This document shows, piece after piece, positions 1-5,303 of a stretch of 40,326 nt of DNA (position 1 is its first letter; each line of letters starts with the position of its first letter). The DNA is from a virus. The DNA is taken from IMG/VR virus record IMGVR_UViG_3300037422_000319, positions 1-40,326 of that record. One strand, 5' to 3'. Under the pieces are notes generated by a model. It worked only from the letters and a program-made list of their open reading frames with translations. It was not told the DNA's origin and did not search any database. A program made the translations under genes and the position numbers.

Positions 1-127
1 ATAGTACTCTCTAACCATTTTCAAAAGCATCTTGACGGCAACAGACCAGACAGCAGCCCGGGCAGCAGACCAGGCAGCAGACTCGGCAGCAAACTCGGCA
101 GAAGACTCGGCAGCAGCCCGGGCAGCA
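1..127. repeat. Terminal direct repeat; 1-127 is identical to 40200-40326, so the window closes into a circle of about 40,199 bp
   Basis: Base-by-base comparison of window start and end. Identity starts at 40200 (atagtactctctaacc...) and runs to the last base. Confidence 0.95.
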
Positions 128-465
128 TACAATTCATCTTGGGTCGCTTTTCCATTAACAAACCGCAAACAAACTCGCAAAATGCGATCAAATTCTTTTT
201 TATTACCAGCTTTTATTTGCTTTCTACAAGTCTTGGCTTGTGCAACTGCAAAACATCGTATAAGGCCCGCGTCAAGAAACTTCTCACGACAAACCACCCA
301 TACTTTGTCTCTAGAAGGCACGTTTTTCATTTTCAAAATGTCGATTGCCGTGCCTTTCCAGGACTCAGGAATATACTTGATTGGATCGTAACAAGGACCA
401 AAAGAACGAATATCGGCCATTGTAATAATGGTTAATTTTGGTTTTTTGATTTTTTTAAGTTTCAT
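1..465 (-). CDS. Hypothetical protein with C-terminal Ala-rich AAxSAA(W/E) repeats. The ORF runs off the window start; after circular closure it ends at TAG 40191-40193 (about 157 aa).
   Basis: Absent from the ORF track because it has no stop inside the window. My translation: MKLKKIKKPKLTIITMADIRSFGPCYDPIKYIPESWKGTAIDILKMKNVPSRDKVWVVCREKFLDAGLIRCFAVAQAKTCRKQIKAGNKKEFDRILRVCLRFVNGKATQDELYAARAAAESSAEFAAESAAWSAARAAVWSVAVKMLLKMVREYY then AK-stop across the junction. GAGGA lies 8 nt upstream of ATG 465. Same strand as neighbours. Alternative in-frame ATGs at 480 and 420. Confidence 0.7.
   Translation of the reverse strand, partial: MKLKKIKKPKLTIITMADIRSFGPCYDPIKYIPESWKGTAIDILKMKNVPSRDKVWVVCREKFLDAGLIRCFAVAQAKTCRKQIKAGNKKEFDRILRVCLRFVNGKATQDELYAARAAAESSAEFAAESAAWSAARAAVWSVAVKMLLKMVREYY
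37..132. repeat. Eight tandem degenerate 12-nt units (GGCAGCAGACNN), in frame, encoding the Ala-rich repeats of the minus-strand CDS
   Basis: Read directly: ggcaacagacca / gacagcagcccg / ggcagcagacca / ggcagcagactc / ggcagcaaactc / ggcagaagactc / ggcagcagcccg / ggcagcatacaa. Confidence 0.9.
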
Positions 466-469
466 AACA

Positions 470-559
470 CTAATCCTCATTTTTTCTTGGAGCCGCAACG
501 TAAACGAGCAGCCCAATTATTACAATTATCGCTCCTAAAGTCTTAATAATTAGTCTCAT
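470..559 (-). CDS. Small single-pass membrane peptide (29 aa), not in the ORF track
   Basis: ATG at 559 lies 2 nt after the prepilin stop. Translation: MRLIIKTLGAIIVIIGLLVYVAAPRKNED. Stop TAG 470-472 lies 4 nt before the next ATG (465). Fills an otherwise empty gap; no clear SD. Confidence 0.4.
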   Translation of the reverse strand: MRLIIKTLGAIIVIIGLLVYVAAPRKNED

Positions 560-561
560 AA

Positions 562-1002
562 TTAATTAAAAATATTGAGTTTAAATACCAATACCTTTAA
601 CTCCCCAGAATACGAGTACACAACCCATAATGAATTGCTTGCGTCATTAACCCAATTTGGATTACTTACACGGTTAAGTGTGCCCAAAGTGTGCCCGCAG
701 CCCGCTCCATCGTCATAAATGCGTACAGTATCCCCGTCAACTTTCTTTCCATAATACTGGCCGTCAATTTGAGTGCATGCCGAATTTATTATAACTTTTC
801 GGTCTGGGTTACTGGCGAAATATTGATCAAGAGCTGCCTTAAGAGCAGCCGCTTGCGTAATACTAGCCTGTAACGCGTCCTGCTTTTTCTTAGCAAGTTT
901 GAGGCTAATTAAAATTGAGCTATTGAAATAATAGCCAATTAAGCCCAAAACGGTAACGGCGGCCATGACTTCCAATAGCGTAAACCCTTTAATATTTCTC
1001 AT
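562..1002 (-). CDS. Type IV prepilin / T2SS pseudopilin-like protein (class III signal peptide)
   Basis: N-terminus MRNIKG-FTLLEVMAAVTVLGLIGYY: short basic leader, Gly(-1), Phe(+1), Glu(+5), hydrophobic helix. Two Cys in the C-terminal half (SACTQ...GAGCGH). ATGA start/stop overlap with the upstream gene. Confidence 0.8.
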   Translation of the reverse strand: MRNIKGFTLLEVMAAVTVLGLIGYYFNSSILISLKLAKKKQDALQASITQAAALKAALDQYFASNPDRKVIINSACTQIDGQYYGKKVDGDTVRIYDDGAGCGHTLGTLNRVSNPNWVNDASNSLWVVYSYSGELKVLVFKLNIFN

Positions 1003-1235
1003 TTTTCACTTCCCTTTTTAAGTACACCTAGGTAAGTACCGCGTTTAAAATAAATCGTATTATACGCCGATTTATAATGCATTTCCCATACCAGCCCTGA
1101 AGAGCCTAAATTGCTTGGAGGGAGTTGCGCAGCATTGACAATTTGTTTAGCCCAATACTTTACAAGCTGTTTACGCAGGCTAACTGATTTAGGTTTTTGA
1201 CTTTGTCTAACTTTAAATACCTGTGACTTACTCAT
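999..1235 (-). CDS. Hypothetical protein (78 aa from ATG 1235)
   Basis: Track ORF 999..1241 begins at a GTG. ATG 1235 forms an ATGA overlap with the upstream stop. Confidence 0.55.
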   Translation of the reverse strand: MSKSQVFKVRQSQKPKSVSLRKQLVKYWAKQIVNAAQLPPSNLGSSGLVWEMHYKSAYNTIYFKRGTYLGVLKKGSEK

Positions 1236-1474
1236 AAACACTCCAATTTTTCAGAAGCCCTCGCTTCGATGGATTCCTTTAAAGCCCTCACGGCACTTGA
1301 GTGATAACGCTTAGCCCAAAGCAAAGCCTGAAGGCTATTTAGAGGCTTTTCTATCGTTCTATCCGGCAGCGCCGATCGTAAACAAAAGCCATCAATGCCT
1401 TCTAACAGTGTTTCTGTAAAATGAAGCGTCTCTGTACTGCAGGGCAGAAATCTAATTGCTATTTTTTTCAGCAT
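1232..1474 (-). CDS. Hypothetical protein (80 aa from MLKKIAIRF...)
   Basis: Track ORF 1232..1558. Internal ATG 1474 is preceded by GAGGAA at 7 nt. The upstream part of the track ORF overlaps a better-placed 48-aa ORF. Confidence 0.55.
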   Translation of the reverse strand: MLKKIAIRFLPCSTETLHFTETLLEGIDGFCLRSALPDRTIEKPLNSLQALLWAKRYHSSAVRALKESIEARASEKLECL

Positions 1475-1598
1475 AGTTAATTTCCTCATCCACTTGAGTG
1501 ATAAAGTATTGCAGAATCGCTTGATATTCCTCATCGGTTTCGCTGTCTGCAATTGCAATTAGCCAATTCTTAAAGTCTTGTAACTTAGCGATACTCAT
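1452..1598 (-). CDS. Small acidic protein (48 aa), not in the ORF track
   Basis: ATG 1598 lies 2 nt after the stop of the Gp88-like gene. Translation: MSIAKLQDFKNWLIAIADSETDEEYQAILQYFITQVDEEINYAEKNSN. Confidence 0.5.
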   Translation of the reverse strand: MSIAKLQDFKNWLIAIADSETDEEYQAILQYFITQVDEEINYAEKNSN

Positions 1599-1600
1599 AG

Positions 1601-2236
1601 TTATTTTACCTTACTCCAATTGGTATTGCTGTATGACTTTCCGCCATGGTATACCAGCCCCACTTTGTCGTTTGTTAAGGCCTTGTCGTCTTGCTTACTC
1701 ACATCGGCATAGCCCGCTGCTCTTAACTCTTTAAGCGAGCTAAATACACGACTATGCGCCTGAATAGCAGGTTGAATCAGTTTATCTTGAGTACCGCCGT
1801 AAGAGTAAATTAGCCTAAAGTTAGAAGGCACTTTGCCGTCTTTTTTAAGGCCCTCAAAGAGAGAAACCATCTTAATATAGGCGTAGAATTCAACGTTAGG
1901 CAGCGCGTTCATTATACTAATCCAACGTTGTGCGTACTCGAGTGAGTAAAAATCTCCAGAATCATGGATGCGTATTCTTTCAGCTCGTTTAGAAACAATT
2001 TCCTCAATCATGCGGGCCTCAAAGTCAGGGCTTTGAGTAGCCGTTAAGCGTTCCTCGAATACCCGCGCAACATTGGAGAACCGATATGCCCCCATTGTAG
2101 CATAGCATCCGATAGCGCAGGCCGCCGCATTCGGGCATGTCTTAAAGCCATTAGCAGAGCGGTATGCCGGTATGCCAAAGTTAAACGTGCGCCGTTTAGA
2201 CTTTTTAATTTTAGAATTTCTAGTAAGTAATTCCAT
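1601..2236 (-). CDS. Gp88-family-like protein (Cys triad N-terminal domain), function unknown
   Basis: LLTRNSKIKK...FNFGIPAY...TCPNAAACAIGCYATMGAYRF...IRIHDSGDFYS...FYAYIKM matches my recollection of the Pfam GP88 pattern (TCP..C..CYA..G.Y, RiH.sGDFy, FYaYTK). Confidence 0.55.
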   Translation of the reverse strand: MELLTRNSKIKKSKRRTFNFGIPAYRSANGFKTCPNAAACAIGCYATMGAYRFSNVARVFEERLTATQSPDFEARMIEEIVSKRAERIRIHDSGDFYSLEYAQRWISIMNALPNVEFYAYIKMVSLFEGLKKDGKVPSNFRLIYSYGGTQDKLIQPAIQAHSRVFSSLKELRAAGYADVSKQDDKALTNDKVGLVYHGGKSYSNTNWSKVK

Positions 2237-2277
2237 ATTGAGTAGCTCCTATTTATTATGCTTTGCGTTTACTTAAC

Positions 2278-2517
2278 TTAGATGCAATTTCCTGGCCACT
2301 GCGCTTCAGGGCCCTCACCGTTTAATTGAACGCCGGAATACAGGCCGGACTTCGCGTGTGCCGTAAAACCAGACAAGCGTTCAAAGTCTGCGCATTCAGC
2401 ATTCCAGGAATGCGCAATACGTGCAATATCTAGGCAGGCCTTCTTATAGGCTTCGAGCACCTTAACCTTGTCGCCCGTCTCAATATCCCTAAATCTCCAA
2501 TAATGTGTATATCCCAT
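2278..2517 (-). CDS. Hypothetical protein (79 aa)
   Basis: ORF on the operon strand, tightly spaced with its neighbours. Confidence 0.55.
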   Translation of the reverse strand: MGYTHYWRFRDIETGDKVKVLEAYKKACLDIARIAHSWNAECADFERLSGFTAHAKSGLYSGVQLNGEGPEAQWPGNCI

Positions 2518-2608
2518 AATATTACTCCTTAATGTTTAGTAACTCCAAGTTAAGGCAGAGGCTTGTAATGTGATAACCAAGCCTCTGCTTTGTGTATGCT
2601 CTCAAGGC

Positions 2609-3379
2609 TTAACGCACTTGAGTATAGTTAACTGCCAGGTCCCAGAGCCTCTGATTGACTGCTATTTGCCTGTCAATGCTTTTAATAGCTCTAAGCTTAC
2701 GCATACCGCCGATAGAATCAGTGTTCACGTAAACCTTGCCCTTAAGAATTCGTTCCTGAACTCGGTTATACAATGTCCAGACATTTGGAACATTATCAGC
2801 GGCTCTATGATTCTCGTTAGTTAACTGATTGATATTATATTGGTTGACTTGAATGTCCAAATCATGCAATACAGTAGCCGCATAGTGCCACGCAATTGCA
2901 TCGTCGGCCGTGGTATTTTGCATAGACTCAATTTGATTAGAAACCATAGGCGCTTTGGCCGTTATAGCTCTTAGAGCAGCTGCGACTTTGCCGTCAGTAT
3001 AGCCGACATGTCGAACGCTATAAGACTGCGCAGTACCTTTGCTTACAACTAATCCGTTTGAACATACAATGCGATATAGCCCTAAGAGGAATTGAAAACT
3101 CGACATACCATTATGCGAATTCTTTAATAATATCCTAAGATTAGTATCGTTTGATACGCTCTTTAACTCGGTATGCTCGAATTCAATTAGATGCTGCGTA
3201 AAGTTGGGGTTGGTCGTTCGCGAGCGCTTTGCAGCTGCCTTAACAATGGACCACCCCTCGTTCTGCAATACGTTTATAACACGCATTGTAGGGATGAAGG
3301 CATAGCGATTTGAGAGTCCTTCTTCGGGAGCCTCTGCCAACGCTGCTAATGGCAATTCAACGGCATTTGAGTTATTCAT
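2609..3379 (-). CDS. DUF932/DUF945-family protein (phage/plasmid-like protein)
   Basis: Motifs FIPT...HLIEFEH...LRILLKNSHNGMSSFQFLLGLYRIVCSNGLVV are characteristic of DUF932 (NSHDG...G.fR.vC.NGlv). Confidence 0.75.
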   Translation of the reverse strand: MNNSNAVELPLAALAEAPEEGLSNRYAFIPTMRVINVLQNEGWSIVKAAAKRSRTTNPNFTQHLIEFEHTELKSVSNDTNLRILLKNSHNGMSSFQFLLGLYRIVCSNGLVVSKGTAQSYSVRHVGYTDGKVAAALRAITAKAPMVSNQIESMQNTTADDAIAWHYAATVLHDLDIQVNQYNINQLTNENHRAADNVPNVWTLYNRVQERILKGKVYVNTDSIGGMRKLRAIKSIDRQIAVNQRLWDLAVNYTQVR

Positions 3380-3564
3380 TTTGTTTCTCCTTTGTTAATA
3401 ACTTTATTAAGTAAAAAATCTAATTTACCTAAGGCCCGTGCCACTCCAGTTAAGGCCAATCCTCTATTAGTAGGCGCAGAATCATCTAGGATAGCCTTAA
3501 ATGCGCTCTCTAGTTCAATACTAATTTCCTTAAGAACGGTTACTTCACTTTTGTTCATAAACAT
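3376..3564 (-). CDS. Hypothetical protein (62 aa from MFMNKSEV)
   Basis: Track ORF 3376..3633 trimmed to an internal ATG just inside the upstream gene end (stop at 3545). Confidence 0.5.
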   Translation of the reverse strand: MFMNKSEVTVLKEISIELESAFKAILDDSAPTNRGLALTGVARALGKLDFLLNKVINKGETK

Positions 3565-3847
3565 ACTCCAATTCGCTATAGGTATTCCCCTCAACGCACT
3601 GGCACGATTCACACCAGTCAAGAGCATCCTCACCTACTCGGGAGACTGGCTCGTTACAATAACCGCAAAGCGTCAATTCTCGGGTATAACGCGTATAATC
3701 TAGGGAAATGATAAACTTTCCCCAAACAAAGGTCATAGCTCTATAGCCGCTATAATGATGGTAAGAACGCGACAATTCAATCTTAGTCCACGGCCAACGA
3801 GCCGACATTCCGACATACAATTCAGCATCTTTAATACGAATACGCAT
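3545..3847 (-). CDS. Hypothetical zinc-ribbon-like protein; first gene of the leftward early operon
   Basis: CGYC...(15 aa)...CESC pairs in the C-terminal third. GGAG lies 7 nt upstream of ATG 3847. Confidence 0.6.
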   Translation of the reverse strand: MRIRIKDAELYVGMSARWPWTKIELSRSYHHYSGYRAMTFVWGKFIISLDYTRYTRELTLCGYCNEPVSRVGEDALDWCESCQCVEGNTYSELEYVYEQK

Positions 3848-3945
3848 GGTATAACTCCACGGTTTCGAGGCGCCCGCTTACTAATACCCTGCGAACGCCT
3901 CAGTTTAGAGAAGGACCACGACTAAAATCTTATTAATCTATAATG

Positions 3946-4237
3946 CACGCGACATGCCAGTCACGCTAATCTAAGAAGCCCCTGATATTATTAGTAATGC
4001 GCCTTTGCAATACGCCAAAGCTTACAACAATATGCGGGAACGGTTCTGACACCTAGTCAGCTGTCTACAAGCCTGCTATGCTTATCACGCCCTAGACACT
4101 ATAAACTGGCATAAACATTGCCCTTGGCACGCTTACTGCCGTGTATGACACGCAAAAACCATGCCAAACGCCCTAATGTATGACGGCACGCCGCTTGCAT
4201 GCTGTATGACAGGCCCTCCGAATACACCTTGACACGT
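3946..4237 (+). repeat. Iteron-like array: six same-strand CACGC (plus one CACGT), three preceded by TGTATGAC
   Basis: CACGC at 3946, 3962, 4086, 4128, 4149 and 4187. CACGT at 4233. TGTATGAC at 4142, 4177 and 4203. All lie in the 744-bp ORF-free region. Confidence 0.6.
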
Positions 4238-4275
4238 AAGTAGTTGATATTGCAGGGGAATGAAGTACCCTCATT

Positions 4276-4300
4276 GGGTCAGCTGGGGGTGGGGCGTGGG
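4276..4300 (+). other. G-quadruplex-type motif (GGG-N6-GGGGG-N1-GGGG-N3-GGG), followed by CCCCC and a T6 run at 4323-4328
   Basis: gggtcagctgggggtggggcgtggg read directly. The most G-rich stretch I saw in the window. Confidence 0.5.
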
Positions 4301-4339
4301 CGAAGCGTAAGCTCCCCCGCCATTTTTTAGAACGCGCCC

Positions 4340-4387
4340 TAGACCAAAATAAAAAAGATGAAAACAGCTAAAAATAATTTTGGTCTA
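4340..4387. repeat. 11-bp perfect inverted repeat (TAGACCAAAAT / ATTTTGGTCTA) flanking a 26-nt A-rich spacer
   Basis: 4340-4350 and 4377-4387 are reverse complements. Spacer is aaaaaagatgaaaacagctaaaaata. Confidence 0.85.
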
Positions 4388-4423
4388 CAATGATTTCAAG
4401 GGCTTAGGAGAAAAAATGGGGGC

Positions 4424-4479
4424 TTGACAAGAAAAACTGAACTGTGCTACACTCCTATTATATAGCAAACGTTAGCTAA
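4424..4479 (+). promoter_or_regulatory. Rightward promoter P1 (TTGACA-N18-TACACT with TGn extended -10) plus downstream conserved box AGCAAACGTTAGCTAA
   Basis: TTGACA at 4424-4429, TGC-TACACT at 4445-4453, box at 4464-4479. Same CTTGACAA / TGCTAC / box arrangement as at 38104-38149. Confidence 0.6.
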
Positions 4480-4556
4480 ACCACACTAAGAGATAAGCCT
4501 CCGATACTGAGTATTGATACTCTGCAGAAAGCATAGAACCCTCCTTTAAAAAAGTC

Positions 4557-4591
4557 TTGACACCGCCAACTGGAGTTGGCATACTATTTCA
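4557..4591 (+). promoter_or_regulatory. Rightward late-operon promoter (TTGACA-N17-CATACT) with palindromic operator GCCAACTGGAGTTGGCA in the spacer; -10 ends 6 nt before ATG 4592
   Basis: TTGACA at 4557-4562, palindrome at 4565-4581, CATACT at 4580-4585, ATG at 4592. No SD before the ATG. Confidence 0.6.
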
Positions 4592-4882
4592 ATGAAGCAA
4601 GTCTCCACAACCGAAATCGAGAAGCGGTCCAAAGATCTCGAAGAATCCTTTAATTCTAAAAAAGCTGAGCATGAGAGTATTAGAAAGCAAATTGAGCAGG
4701 CCAGCCAGCGTCAGCAGCAACTTTACCAGGAATTGGTAAGTATTCAGGGCGCTTGGAATGCTCTTAGGAGCCTTCTGCCAGAGAAGCCAGCCACTCCTGT
4801 TGATAAAGTACCAGCAAAGTTGAAGGCTGTTAAAGCTTCAAAGGACGCTATAAGTGCTCCTAAGACAGCTCAATCAGAATGA
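4592..4882 (+). CDS. Hypothetical coiled-coil protein (96 aa); sits where a small terminase subunit might be, but is not recognisable as one
   Basis: Track ORF, first gene of the late operon. Charged heptad-like sequence. Confidence 0.55.
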   Translation: MKQVSTTEIEKRSKDLEESFNSKKAEHESIRKQIEQASQRQQQLYQELVSIQGAWNALRSLLPEKPATPVDKVPAKLKAVKASKDAISAPKTAQSE

Positions 4883-5303
4883 CTTCGGGCCAATCTTTAA
4901 ACTTTGGTTCTCGGAAATTTATCGCGGCGCGGTAAGAAAACTCTATCGCCGAGATCAGTTTTTCCTAAAGACTTTCAATGACTTATCGCAGGTCTTTAGT
5001 ACCGAGCATCGATGTTTTGTTGGTGCCGAGGAGAATGGCAAGATTGTTGCTGCAGCTCTTGGTGTAGGCAGTCCCCTAGATGCCAGGCTATTCCAGGGCG
5101 TCTTTCTCTGGGTAGATTCCAGCCGTCGAAATCAAGGGCATGGTGAGGCCCTAGCGAATGTCCTCTATTGCTGGGCAAAAGAGCATGGCTACTCCAGATT
5201 CGCCGTAGAGGCCCCTTCTAAGAATATCCCCTTAAAGCGAATTTTGCAAAAAATAGGCTTACATAGTACCAGAACGATTTGGGTTAAGGTAGAGAGTGAC
5301 TAA
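4854..5303 (+). CDS. GNAT-family N-acetyltransferase
   Basis: Acetyl-CoA motif A: VFLWVDSSRRNQGHGEALANVLYCWAKEHG (R/Q-x-x-G-x-G/A), followed by a beta-strand/helix pattern typical of GNAT. GTG start; overlaps both neighbours. Confidence 0.7.
   Translation: MLLRQLNQNDFGPIFKLWFSEIYRGAVRKLYRRDQFFLKTFNDLSQVFSTEHRCFVGAEENGKIVAAALGVGSPLDARLFQGVFLWVDSSRRNQGHGEALANVLYCWAKEHGYSRFAVEAPSKNIPLKRILQKIGLHSTRTIWVKVESD

Noticed and set aside
1-127. The 127-nt ends as genuine physical direct terminal repeats (T7-like)
   Set aside because: The repeat lies inside a coding sequence, and its length equals a common maximal assembler k-mer. Circular closure is the simpler reading, though this cannot be proven from the sequence alone.
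37-132. Tandem 12-mers as a CRISPR-like or satellite array
   Set aside because: The units are contiguous with no spacers, degenerate, and in frame within a CDS. This is a coding repeat, not a CRISPR array.
32-435. Plus-strand track ORFs 32..391 and 139..435
   Set aside because: They are antisense to a better-supported minus-strand ORF, which has an SD, lies on the same strand as all its neighbours, and reads seamlessly across the circular junction. The Ala-rich plus-strand translation is the mirror image of the GCN-rich repeat.
4283-4328. GC-rich segment plus T6 as a canonical rho-independent terminator
   Set aside because: I could only pair about 5 bp (including a G-U) with a 15-nt loop, and there is no plus-strand gene upstream to terminate. 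It is kept only as a G-run/structure observation.
3848-4591. tRNA or other structured RNA gene in the large non-coding region
   Set aside because: I found no cloverleaf-compatible arms and no GTTCGAATC-type T-loop. The hairpin GAGGCG...CGCCTC (3868-3902) is too long-looped and isolated to call.
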